Positions 38,345 to 49,811 of a DNA stretch of 52,411 nucleotides are shown one piece after another. The notes beneath the pieces were generated by a model. That model searched no databases. It saw only the letters and a program-made list of their open reading frames with translations, and was not told the origin of the DNA. The stretch is from Chara braunii. Taxonomy: Eukaryota; Plantae; Charophyceae. Within the stretch, counting starts at the first letter, position 1; each line of letters starts with the position of its first letter. The position numbers and the translations under genes are program-made. The stretch lies in the NCBI GenBank assembly GCA_003427395.1, contig BFEA01000045.1, forward strand, positions 4,097,421 to 4,149,831, given 5' to 3'.

Positions 38345-39000
38345 GTGGCATTTTCATGATTCACAAGTGTTCTTCGGCTTCGTCGTCAGGACTTGAGGAC
38401 GTCCATCACTTTCAGTCACCTGGAGTAACTGGACTCACCGCGCTCATTGTCTATGGCCATGGCGATGGCGATGGCGATGGCGAAAAGGCATGGGAGCGGT
38501 TCGTCATCCTCCACAGTGATGCGCGCTACGTCCTCCCCGATTCGTTGCACCATCTTTCGCAGACATGCCGCTGGCAATATTTACCCTTGCGTGTGACATA
38601 TGTCACGAGGAGAAGAGGTCGTGGCGTTGCGGACAGATAATCGCATCGCCAGAGAAATTTGTGGGGTTCTTATTGATGTAGAATGGTGATGCGTTCGAGA
38701 AAGGTCGACAATTGTTGTTTCTTAACCATTATTGTTATTACAATGACTGATACACCAAATAGTCAGTCAGGCATCATTAGGAGCAGCAGCAAGGCCAACG
38801 TCGGTCGCGGCGGGAGTCTGTCCTTGGGCCGGGTCTTCGTACCGATCGGTCATCAACGGCCGGGCAGTCTCCTCCGCCCAAGCGATTTTTTTGAGAAGGC
38901 GGAAGGGAGGAGAGATTCATCTTCAAATGGTACCAGATGCGCATGCGCATGATATATATGATGACTCTCTTTAGAGCGTGAACTGGCGGTAGGGTGTAAC

Positions 39001-39010
39001 GACACGTGGC
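39001..39010 (+). promoter_or_regulatory. G-box/ABRE-type motif GACACGTGGC upstream of the golgin gene
   Basis: Exact match to the plant bZIP ABRE/G-box consensus, ~330 bp before the ATG. Function untested. Confidence 0.35.
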
Positions 39011-39099
39011 TGCAATGCCAACGGTTGAAACGGCGAGTTTGGAGGACGGCTGGCCAAGTGAAGAGGGAAAGTGGCACAGGAGTTTCTCAGGTCGTGGAT

Positions 39100-39114
39100 G
39101 CACACACACACACT

Positions 39115-39195
<81 letters not shown>

Positions 39196-39196
39196 N

Positions 39197-39284
<88 letters not shown>
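39100..39284. repeat. (CA)n(GA)n microsatellite just upstream of the golgin start codon
   Basis: Directly visible; it ends ~47 bp before the ATG. Confidence 0.95.
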
Positions 39285-39286
<2 letters not shown>

Positions 39287-39330
39287 AGGGGGGGGGGTGT
39301 CGTAGTTGATCGGTGGGAGGGCCGTGCACG

Positions 39331-39513
39331 ATGTGGAGCACGATTTCAAGCTTGAAGGATAACATATCGCAGATCGCGTCCGATGTATTGGATACAGCGC
39401 AAGAATTGGAAGCTGGTGGGAACTACAGGGACGCGGACGGTAATGATGGACCGCCCGCGCTGTCCGTCTTCTCTCCTGTTCGAGAACAAGCAGATGAAGA
39501 ACGAGAGGCGCAG
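39331..39513 (+). CDS. GC4: Golgin candidate 3/4-like protein (GMAP-210/TRIP11 family), exon 1
   Basis: MWSTISSLKDNISQIASDVLDTAQELE resembles the plant GC3/GC4 N-terminus (MWSS.AN.KENL.KIA.DV). 61 codons, donor CAG|GTGAGC, phase 0. GC3 versus GC4 cannot be distinguished. Confidence 0.85.
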
Positions 39514-40539
39514 GTGAGCACGACAATCTAGCTACCGATTTGCTTTCCTACCGTCCTCAACCTTATATAGCTGTATTTGGGGCAATTTGCAGTCTCGGTA
39601 CAGGGATAATTACCAGTCGTTCTATTCTGGTGAAGACGGCAGTTTTCTTACTTCGATCCGGTTTCGTTTGATTTGATACGTCTGCTGACATAGACTTGGG
39701 GCCTCCGTCCAACACTCACCACGTGCACAAAGACAAAAGTTATAGTGGTGTATCTTTCCATGTCCTAGCGGAAGATTAATTCTCTATTTGCACATTTAGG
39801 GAGTGCTGGAGCGAGGTCCTTGGGGTTAACGATTTGCTTTTCCTATTTCTCCTCTCCATCTCCAGTTCAGTACGTGACGAAAGAAATTAAAACTTACAGT
39901 AAATTGAGGAATTTCACTTGCCATTGGGTTAATTGCGGTGGGGCGGGTGGAGGGCGGGGTTGACCCCGGACGGGAGAGTGAGGGTGAGGGGGATTAACGG
40001 GGTTAAAATATTACGGATACGGCAGAACTCATTTTTCGTGACGCGAAAGCTGAACTCCATAGACAACGACTCCGATGCTTTTGGTGCGGATTCAGGGTCA
40101 GGGGATAGGGAGGAATCGGTCGGGTGATTTCGTCACTTGGAGGGGGCCGAAGGTAATGACCACCGCTGATTGAGTGGTTGCTGGGAAGAGCACCCTGCTG
40201 CCGATGACCTGTGTAGAAGAGGAAGAACGAAGACAATCATTGGGTTTCCTCTGCATCATTTTTCTCCCCTTGCTAACTGGTTCGACAACCACAAGACAAG
40301 AATAACAAAAGCTTAGATTTATGAATTAAGGATTCGATGGACTGTTTCACTTGAGAGCGTGAAGGAGGACAAAGTTTACCAGCATCCGCTTTGATCTTGC
40401 CACTAGGCGTTTCATCCACGAATAGCACAAGAATAGCACAAAAGTATTGTACTATATCGGCACTCAACATCGTTCCGTTTTTTTTTACATGGAATAGCAG
40501 CTGGTGTGTCTACTCTAATTTGAATGATGACAGACGCAG

Positions 40540-40665
40540 GCGAGTGGCACATGCCATAGCAAGGGAGTGACACGTGGCATATCAAGCGAGTGACACGTGA
40601 CATACCAACACGTGGCATAGCGAGCGAGTGCACCAGGCATAGCGAGCGAGTGACACCTGGCATAC
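40540..40665. repeat. ~22-bp degenerate repeat rich in CACGTG G-boxes (intron 1)
   Basis: GAGTGACACGTGGCAT, GTGACACGTGACAT, ACACGTGGCAT and GTGACACCTGGCAT. Confidence 0.75.
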
Positions 40666-40961
40666 CAAGCCCTTGGCGTACCAGAATATCGCATCGTAGA
40701 GCTGCTGAAAAAAGAAAGATGTCGAAAGTTTCGAAACCATGCCTACTGTCTTCTCCCCGACCACGACGTACCCGATCATGACTGTGTCCAAGCTATGTGC
40801 AGTCATGACGTGTGTGACGTTGTGTTCGGAAGGAAGACGGTAGGCACGATTTCGGTCTCTCTGATCCGATGGTACGAACCTTCGGTTAGTCTGGAGCACA
40901 GCTTCGGTTAGCCTGGCAACACAGCTTGGTACCAACCTTTGGTGAGCCTGGCAACACATCC

Positions 40962-41190
40962 TGGCCAGCTCAGCGCTGACGTGTCAACATGTGGTGGTTT
41001 CTTTATCGCCTAATTTGGCAACGAACTTCGCAAGGTCGGCTCTGACACGTCAGCGTGTGGTGGTTTCGTGACCTATTTTGGTAACCAGCTTGACCAGCCT
41101 CTGCTCTGACATGTCCGGATGTGGTGATTTCGTTGCCTAATTTGGTAACCAGCTTGACCAGCTCAGCTCTGAGACAGGTCTGCTTGTGGT
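40962..41190. repeat. ~65-bp tandem repeat, about 3.5 copies
   Basis: CTCTGACA.GTC....TGTGGTG.TTTCGT..CCTA.TTTGGTAACCAGCTTGACCAGC units. Confidence 0.75.
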
Positions 41191-41679
41191 GGCTGAGGGC
41201 ATACGCACGCTGGGGCTTTCTTTCTTTACTTTTGGACGTAGTTGCGGCCACATACATGGCCGCAAATGCGGTCACATACATTCGAGATAGTGCTAGTAGT
41301 GTGAGTACGCCCTGAGAGTAGCGCGTCATCGTTTTTTTTTTTGTGGAAAGACATTTCAATCACACATTGGAGAGTTGGGGCCGACCACCCCACATACAGG
41401 TCGGATCTGGGAGCATTATCCAGTTTCGCTTTTTACGGGACCCAGGGGACCCGGGCGAACCTCGAGAGAAAAAGGTAGAAGTTGATCAAAGAGGTCTCAT
41501 GGGTATGCTATTCCTAGGGCGAAAGGGGAGAAAAGATGGGGGTGGGAGGGTGGGCCCGAGGAAAGGGGGGGGGAGAAAGCCTAATGCCTAAAGACAGTGT
41601 TGGCGAGAAAGGGGGGATGTTTGTGATGGGAGTGTTAGGTAGTGAAAGGGAAAGAGGGGGGCGGCTCCGGCGGCATTAC

Positions 41680-43640
41680 TCACCAAATATCGAAAATGGG
41701 GAGTGCATCTTCACCTAGAAGGTGGAAAGATACACTCGGACAGAGGACCTCGCTGTACTACCGTCTTCGCACGAATAGAACGCCCGGTCGTTTCAGCTGT
41801 ATTCGGGGCGACTTTCAGTCCACATACAGCGATAAGACGGTAGTCACCGCATATGTAAAGATAGCGAGTGCATCTTCACCTAAAATGTGGATAGATACCA
41901 TCGGCTTTTCCTGTCTTTTTCAAGGTCCGAGAGTGTGTAAGATGGCGAGTGCATCTTCACCTAAAAGGTGGATAGATCCAGTAGGCTTTTCTTAATCTTT
42001 TATCACCGTTGGAGAGTGGTGGAGCGAGGCCCATATTCACCACACATATCCCGCTGGCGTAGGGCCTCGCCGCACCGCTCGCCAAACGTCAACATTTTGA
42101 ATGTTTCAGGACCTGTCATCGTGGCGAGTGGTGCGGCGAGGCACTGACTATGGAATGGGAGGCAAGTGAGCATGGGGAGGTGTTTGACATGTGTGCGGCA
42201 AGCGAGGAGGGCTCCGCCGTGCGCGAGCGCGGCGAGTGAGGAGGCAATGCTCGCACCAGGACTTTTCCCGCTGAACGTGGTCGGAATGTGTGGCGAGATA
42301 GAACTGTTGTTCCCTTTCCACTCTCTTTTTTATTTTTATTTCATATTTGATTACTTCTCTACCACTTATGTAGCGCAGTTTTGTCTGTTTTTCAGCAAAG
42401 ATGCAGTCAAAGATGATATGGGATTTGAAGCCTGAATCGGGACGCGTTTGTTGCGAGGTGCAGAAAATCGCGATTGACCTGCTATTCTGCATCTCCGCAA
42501 TGAAACACGTCCAGATGCAGGCGCTTAATCCAATCCTCTTCGCTAGTGGGACCTCGCTCCTGACGAGCGCAGATGGGCAGGAAACTCGCCTCTCCCCCTC
42601 CCCCTGGGGACCTTCCCCTGGGACGAGGTCCTTCGGGCTGGACGCGTTTGTGGCGAGGTGCAGAAGTCTGCGATCGATCTGCTTTTCTGCACCTCCGCAG
42701 TAAAACAAGTCCAGATTCAGGCGCTCGATCGACTCCTCTTTGCTACAGGTAGTGTGGACCTCGCCCCTGGCGAGCGCAGACGGGCAGGAAATTATATTTT
42801 TATGGCCATCGTCTTCAACCGAATAGAACACCCGGTCATTATCGCTGCATCTAGACTGAAAGGTGACCCAAATACAGAAATGAAGACCGGGCGTTGTATT
42901 CGGGTGATGGAGACGGTAGCGCAGTTTTATTGCCGAAACGAGGGGCGAAGTACCACTTAACCCGAATGATCGATTTCTGACCGCAGATTTGGAAGATCAA
43001 CGACCAGAAATCAGGGATCAGCGGCAGTGGGACTTGGCCCGAGGACACACACTTTGACGTCGATGCTTCTGTCCTCCTCAAGAGTATGAGCCTCGCTCAG
43101 CTACTCACCAAATGTGCAAAATGAATGAATCTTTCGCTAGAACATGGAGAGATACACCGCCATATTTTCTCTTTTGTGCACGTGGTGAGAAGTGGATCGA
43201 GGCCCTATTGGTCCTGAACAAGCTCTTTTTTTTTTTGAACCGAAGAAAAGAAGGCGCGGTAAAAGGCCGGACTTTATCCGATAATGATGATTTGGCGGGA
43301 AGAGTCCAGGTGGTCAAGTGTAGACCGCAGTTTCGCTTTTTCTCCCGCCATCTTCATCTTCATCTCCATCTCCATCCCCAGAGACACCAACATCGACAGC
43401 GACTCGAAGGACTTGAGTATAGATGTTGCCATCTCCATCTCCATCCCCATCGACAGCGACAGCGACTCGAAGGAGTGGATTATAGATGGAGAACAAGAAA
43501 ATGAGTTGTTGGAGAGGGGGGGAGGTATATTGAAAAGAAGATGGAGACGACGGTAATCAGCAGCCGTCACCGGAGGATAATGTCGCTGTATCTAGACTGA
43601 AAGTCGCATGAAATAGGGCTATAATGATCGGGCGCTCATA
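41680..43640. mobile_element. Mosaic of direct and inverted repeats, probably a non-autonomous DNA element in intron 1
   Basis: GAGTGCATCTTCACCTA occurs three times (41701, 41867, 41947). 41752-41840 is inverted relative to 42838-42925, and there is a ~150-bp direct repeat at 42440/42639. Confidence 0.5.
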
Positions 43641-43921
43641 GAATGAATGGATCCATCTTCGTCGAGTCGTCCCGTCTTCCTCGTCTCTGATGTGAAGCAT
43701 CCTATCATTGTGTCGGTGCTCCATTTGGTGACCAGTTTCCCTGACGTAATTCACGAATGACCCATCCGTTTGATAATCTATTTAATAGTCCAATTTCGCT
43801 GACCGAATTTAATAAGCCATCTAGTAAAAGTTATATATAAACTGGACTTGACCAAGTGATTTCTGGATGGCCTGACTTTCTTCGTCAATTGGTTGTTTTA
43901 TCGTGCGGGTGATGCGCGCAG

Positions 43922-44020
43922 CTTAATTGGTACAAGGCAGAGGTTCGTCGGCTTGCGGAGTCGGAGACGGAGATCCAGGCGCTGTCTATGAATTACGTCA
44001 AGTTGTTGAAGGAAAAAGAG
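43922..44020 (+). CDS. GC4: Golgin candidate 3/4-like protein, exon 2
   Basis: cag|LNWYKAEVRRLAESETEIQALSMNYVKLLKEKE|gtagat, 99 bp, phase 0-0. It matches the conserved plant GC3/4 block IERYKAEI.KLQ.SE.EIKALSVNYAALLKEKE. Absent from the ORF track. Confidence 0.9.
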
Positions 44021-44261
44021 GTAGATGCACTGCACCCAGCGTGTGCTCCGCAACCCCAAGCGCGGCATGCCTGGCATTTACCTCCTTCCCTCCCCCCCCT
44101 CCTCTCCGGCTTCCCCCTTGAACCACAAGAAAAGTGAAACCCGCCATCGACCTTCCCCGGCCACTCTCCTCCCCTCTCTCCCCCCCCTCCCTCTCCTCCG
44201 CCCCCCACTCTTTCATAAACGACGAACAGTCTCGTACAGTAATGCTTTTTTGTTGGAGTTG

Positions 44262-44392
44262 CACACTCACACACCCACACACCCACACCCACACCCACAC
44301 CCACACCCACGCCCACGCCCACACCCACACGCCCACACACCTACACACCCACACACGCACACACCCACACACCCACACACCAACACCCACCA
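44262..44392. repeat. (CACCCA)n/CA-rich simple repeat
   Basis: Directly visible. Confidence 0.9.
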
Positions 44393-44544
44393 GCAAGAAG
44401 GGGAAATAAGGGGAAAAACTCGAGGAAGCGTGCGGCGATATATGGCCATCTCTCTTGGGAAGGGGTCCTTATGGTCAACGGGTTTGTTCTACAGACCGTG
44501 AAGGGTCTTTAGGGCATTCAGGGGTTGATCTTCCGACGGGTGGG

Positions 44545-44586
<42 letters not shown>

Positions 44587-45795
44587 AAGGGGGCAGGGGA
44601 AAGAAGGGGGGGGGTACAGGGGGGCGGGGGGAAGAAGGGACGCGGAGTGGTGTTTAATTATATAATATCTTTTTTATTACCTAGTATGTAAAATATAGAT
44701 ACAGATGACATAATGCTGTGGAGAGTTGGGCGAAACACACTATAAGAAGGGGTTCGTCCGCCGATGCAGCTTGACTTCGATTTATTTGCTCCAATGCCTC
44801 TCGACGTTTGTGCAGGGTTGCCGTGGAGAAAGACCTCCCAGAAAAAAATGTAGCTCGCAAAATGTTTGATTTAATGGAGTCTAATTTCTCTGAAGAAAGG
44901 AATGTTATTTCAAAGGAAGAAAACGTAGCTGTAGCTTGCCAGCAGTCTTTTCTAATCAATGCCTCCTCCTCGGCAAATCACAGGGAGGGAGGAGGCTCCT
45001 CATAACCAGCCTCAGGTGGAAGCTGCCTGCCTCTCCTGATGACTGAATGCTTGCTGCTATGACCAGTAGCCGCATTAACGTGAGGTCATCCCTCCGCTTG
45101 ATCTACTGACGGAACGAGGAAAGTGGCGATGTATCTTTACTGTTTTTATGGAACGGATACATGAAAGCAGCGAGGCCCAAAGTCTGTGGGTCTGTGGTTT
45201 GTGATGTGATTACTGTGTTTTGGATCCGCATCTCTTGGGATCCTATTTCCGTCCATCCCCCTCTTCGGCTACTCTGTCATCCTCCTGCGTTGTGGATGCG
45301 GGGTCCTCCTTGGTACTGTGGCTGGGGGGGGGCGTATGTTGTTCATCCTTTCACCCGCTCTTCACCCTTTTCCGAGAGTACGTCAAGATATTCCTCATTC
45401 TCCGTGTCTTCGTCCCTGCATTATGTTCCCCCTTCTCCTACTGCTGGCCTCTCCCCCCCGCTACCCTCGTCCCCTGCACTGTGTTCCCCCCTCTCCTAAT
45501 GCTGCCCTCGTTTATCTCCGACTTCATACTCGTTGTCTTCTTGCTCCCTGGAGTGTGTTCCCCCCTCTCGTACTGCTGCCGTCTTCCCCCCAATACCCTC
45601 CCACTGCTCCTCCGTCTCATTCACCTTGTCTCTGTGTGTGTGTGTATTTTCCCCGCCCCTTCCTCCCGTTCTTCCCTTTCCTTCCTTTGCTTCCCTTCCT
45701 TCCCTTCCTTCCCTTCCTCCCTGCATTTTGTTTCCCCCTCTCCTGCTGCTGCCCTCTTCGCCCTGATTCGTTCCTCCCAGTGCTCCTCATTCTCC

Positions 45796-45870
<75 letters not shown>

Positions 45871-45983
45871 AGAGTGCATGCGTTGTTTCCCTTCCGTCCT
45901 TCCCGTCCTTTCTTGCCCTTGTTTTGATGTTGAGTATAGCAGGATCATATAAATATAGAGGTAGCAGAGAAAATGCCCCTAGA

Positions 45984-46300
45984 TCTACATCTACATCTAC
46001 ACCTACTATAAGAACTGCTAAACGTCATAACTCACGGCCTGAATCTACATCTACATCTACACCTACTATAAGAACTGCTAAACGTCATATCTCACGGCCT
46101 GAATCGCGTCGCGGACGGCCCAGATCGCAGGCCGATCAGAAAACTTCGCAGGCCGGTAACGCGTCGCGGACGGCCCAGATCGCAGGCCGATCAGAAAACT
46201 TTCTGATAGGCCTGCGATCTGGGCCGTCCGCGACGCGTTACCGGCCTGCAATTCGGGCCGTGAGTCGGGCCGTGAGACGTGCTCTCCTTGGTTCTCATTG

Positions 46301-46341
<41 letters not shown>

Positions 46342-47272
46342 TGCTCTCCTTTGCTGCTCGACGGGGACTTGGGTGCCGTGCTTGGATTCGTGCTCATCAT
46401 TGATCCGTGGATCCGTGCTTCGATTCGTGCTCTGTCCATTGGTGCTCATCGTGTTCTNTCCATTGGTGCTCATNGTNTTCTCTCCATCGTGCTCATCGAG
46501 GATCCGTGCTTTTTTTTGGAGCACGACCACGTGCTCATCGTGGATCGTGCTTTTCGTCACCTGCTCATCGTGGATCTGTGCTTTTGGTCACGTGCGGACC
46601 GTGGATCCGTGCTTTTCGTGCTCATCATCGTGGATTCGTGCGGGAACTTTGGTGCATGATAATGTGCTCATCTTCGATCCGTGCTTTTGGTGGTCTGTGC
46701 TCATCGTGCTCGGTGCTCATCGTGGATACGTGCTTTTCATGCTCATCGTCGATCCGTGCTTTTCGTGCCACGTGCTTTTCATGCTCATCGTAGATCCGTG
46801 CTTTTCGTGCCATCGTGGATACGTGCTTTTCATGCTCATCGGCGATCCGTGCTTTTCATGCTGATCATTGATCCGTGCTTTTCGTGCTCATCGTTGATAC
46901 GTGCTTTTCATGCTCATCATTGATCCGTGCTTTTTGTGCTCATCGTTGATACGTGCTTTTCGTACTCATCATCGATCCGTGCTTTTCATGCTCGGTGATC
47001 ACCGTGGATGCGTGCTCATCGTGAATCCATCCTGACGTGCTCATCGTGAATCCATCCACCGGTGATCACCGTGGATGCGTGCTTTTCATGCTCGGTGCTC
47101 ATCGTGAATCCATCCAGACGTGCTCATCATTGATCCGTGATTTTCATGCTCATCCAGACGTGGTCACCGTGGATGCGTGCTCACCGTGGATGCGTGCTTA
47201 CCGTGGATGCGTGCTCACCGTGGATGCGTGCTCATGGTGAATCCATCCAGACGTGCTTTTGGTGCTCATCAT
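45984..47272 (+). mobile_element. Helitron-like non-autonomous element: duplicated 5' end, long palindrome and internal minisatellite
   Basis: A|TCTACATCTACATCTACACCTACTATAAGAA start (plant Helitron-type 5' TC), repeated 60 bp later. A 50-bp-arm palindrome spans 46148-46249 and a GTGCTCATCGTGGATCCGTGCTTTTC array spans ~46376-47272. No clear 3' hairpin-CTAG was found. Confidence 0.55.
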
Positions 47273-47299
47273 CGGCCCTCCCTTCTTCCTCCCTTTCTC

Positions 47300-48265
47300 C
47301 TTCCTTCTTCAGATTGGCTGTTACCCCGTGGCTCCTCTCTCTACTAGCAACACCGTCAGCAATTTGGTTGAAGAAAGAGGGATGAATGTGGACACTACCT
47401 GCAGAAGATGTCAGTGGGCCTTTGAGTCCTCAGGCCACCTATGGTGGGACTGTCCAGCCTCAGCCCGAATCTGGAAATGGTGGTCGAAAGCCTGGGAGAG
47501 GCTGTCCAACAATGCCCTTCAGTGGGACAAATTGTGGGTACTGCTCGGAGGAATTCCGCAGAACCTCCAATTAGATGAGGGCTGGGGATACATCGCTCAG
47601 GTAACCGGAGCGATTGGCCTTGCAGTGATCTGGTCGGGTCGGAACAAACTGATCTTCAGTTCAGAGGACGTGGCAGGCAAGGAACAAATCAATCTGTTCA
47701 AACTTCAGATCCGGAATGCTATTGCAGCGGACTGGAGGAGGAAAGTGGAGAGAGCGTCAGATAAGCAGACGGGTAGGAGATGGTTTGGAAACACGTGGGG
47801 TAACAGTGGCAGTTTGGTAACGGTCAAGTGTGACAGAATGCTGGTTTTCTCGGATTGGTTGCTAAAGGGAGGGTAGGATAGCGAGAGAGGTGACTACCAA
47901 CCAGGTGCACTCAGTTGTTATTTCCGCAGTAGGAAGTAAGAGGGATTGAGAGGGTTGGCGAGTGCCCAGGTGTAGGAGGACTGAGTTCCACCCTGACGTT
48001 TTAGTCGGGGTTTTGAGGGGGTCTTACCCCGACCTGTAAGTAGGTTAGTTTAGATTCGTTGTTTGGTTGTTTTCCTTTTTTAGTTTGCCTGTATTGGTTC
48101 ATGATGTTTCTTTCGGTTGCTCTTGATTTTAAGGCTCTGCCTAGTGTTGTTGGGGTAAAACCCACATAAAAATGGTCCCAGCAGTGACGCTATCCTTTCC
48201 GGGTTGTTTGTGAGGAATTCCCGGCCTCATGGTTTTCATGATAATGGATTCCTTGCTTCCCCCCC

Positions 48266-48296
<31 letters not shown>

Positions 48297-48304
48297 AAAA
48301 AAAA
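47300..48304 (+). mobile_element. 5'-truncated L1/Tx1-type LINE (ORF2 C-terminus with intact CCHC zf-RVT) in intron 2
   Basis: WLLSLLATPSAIWLK (frameshift) RGMNVDTTCRRCQWAFESSGHLWWDCPASARIW...VIWSGRNKLIF..., stop at 47876, then a GT-rich 3' UTR. A poly(C)+poly(A) tract lies at 48259-48304; the true 3' end is uncertain. Confidence 0.85.
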
Positions 48305-48647
48305 GATCTCACACCTTTACATCTACCCAGTTTGCACTGATGCTTCACCCCCCACCCCCCACCCCCACCCCTCGTTTCAGGAAATGCAAAGAAGCAAGGC
48401 TCTTATTTTACAAACAATTTGCTCTTCCGCTAGGCTGTTCTGAACTCATTGCAAGAGGCATGAGGACCCGTTAGGCGACATAGGGACGGCATTGGAGCAA
48501 CTCACCTTCGGCGTTATGAAGCCAAATGACTTTAGCTGCCTCTACCCTCTGTTCTGGGAAGGGAAAATCAAGATTCCACTGGTGTCCCCTGCCTTCCCCC
48601 CTTCCCCTTTCCCCTCCGTGCCCCTCTGCGCTGAATCAGTTTTCACC

Positions 48648-49585
48648 TTTGCAGAGGCAGATGCAGATCCCGGGGTTTGATCCCCAGACCTCACCTCACC
48701 CATGTACAGTATCGAGTTGACCCTTGAGTGTTTGAACCCGTGACCTGTGTTTCATGAGTTGTTGTTTGTCTGTCGTAGGACTGTGTGGACATAGGGATTC
48801 GATCTGTAGACCTGTCGAGTAGAGGTCTTAGAGAGTTCCAGAAGTCGTAGCTGTAGATGTTCTGAAGGGTCAAAGTCGTAGCTGCTACACTCCTGAGAGG
48901 TCAAGGTCGTAGCTGCTACAGTCCCGAAAGGCCAAGTCCACAGACTTCCGGAAGGTCCGGAAGTGGCCTTTCGCAGCTTGCTCACGTTTTAGACTGAGGC
49001 AAGTGGGCAAGTGGTGGACCAACTGCAGTACGTTCGCAGTACGATAGCGGTAGGTTAGCAGTGCGTCCCCAGGCAGTCAGCAGTGCGTTCCAGTCAGTCC
49101 CAGTCCAGTCCAGCAAGTACCACCAGGGACTATGTGTACCATCGGCCGATGGAAAGGGGCAGACCAACGAGTTACAGAAGTATAAATCAAGAGGCAGCGC
49201 ACAGCCATTCATTCATTCCTGCGGAAGCCATGCGGAAGCGCTNCCACGGTGACTTGTGCGAGGTGGTCTNCANAGGAGCCTGAAGTCGAAGTGGGCTGAA
49301 GGGAGTTAGCGCAGCCATAGCTGCTTGTAGACTAGAGTTAGCTGGCGGCCATAGCTGCCATAGTTAGTGATAGGTGTGTATTCGTGTGTGTGCAGAGTTG
49401 TGTGTGGAGTATCCAGGGTGATCCGGAGTTGAAGTGTGAAGCGAACAGTGGTGTTGGACACAGTGACAAGAGTTGCGATGTGTGGGTGCTGATGCACCAT
49501 AGCCTGTTGAAGCGAGCTTACATCTGAACTGTGTCTTGGTTTCCATATCTTCGAGCTTTGAGTTGGGCGCTATGTGCCAGTGTGA
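48648..49585 (+). mobile_element. Longest LTR-like family A copy (solo-LTR-like, ~940 bp) in intron 2
   Basis: Homologous to 1277-1455, 2225-2870 and 9150-9520. It has a TATAAAT box at ~49181 and tandem GGTCAAGGTCGTAGCTGCTAC units, and TTCACC lies on both sides. Confidence 0.7.
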
Positions 49586-49679
49586 TTCACCATCTGTTTG
49601 TATGCATCTGAATTGACGAAGTATGCGAGTCTGATTGCAGCGCCCCTTGTGTTAATTTTTCTCCTTTTTTCTTGCATAG

Positions 49680-49811
49680 GAAGAAGTGCGAAGTCTTTGG
49701 ACGCTTAGCGAGGAGCTGAAGGCGAAGTTGGCCACAAATGATGCAGAGCGAGCTAGAAAGGAAGCTGAAAACTGTCGTGCTGAGATTGAACAACTCAAAC
49801 GGCAAAATGCG
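49680..49811 (+). CDS. GC4: Golgin candidate 3/4-like protein, exon 3 (coiled coil); gene continues past the window
   Basis: Polypyrimidine tract plus tag|EEVRSLWTLSEELKAKLATNDAERARKEAENCRAEIEQLKRQNA|gttcgt, 132 bp, phase 0, in frame with exon 2. The donor position is less certain. Confidence 0.75.

Noticed and set aside
44817-45005. Possible alternative terminal exon in intron 2
   Set aside because: The acceptor is weak and out of phase with exon 2 for the open frame, and no homology is recognised.
45220-46403. 235-aa and 361-aa ORFs
   Set aside because: Low-complexity pyrimidine-rich, (TG)n and palindromic DNA that lacks stops by composition; no recognisable domain.
48381-48443. Extra golgin exon (tttcag|EMQRSKALILQ...)
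   Set aside because: No convincing GT donor before the stop, and exons 2 and 3 already join to give a continuous homologous sequence.
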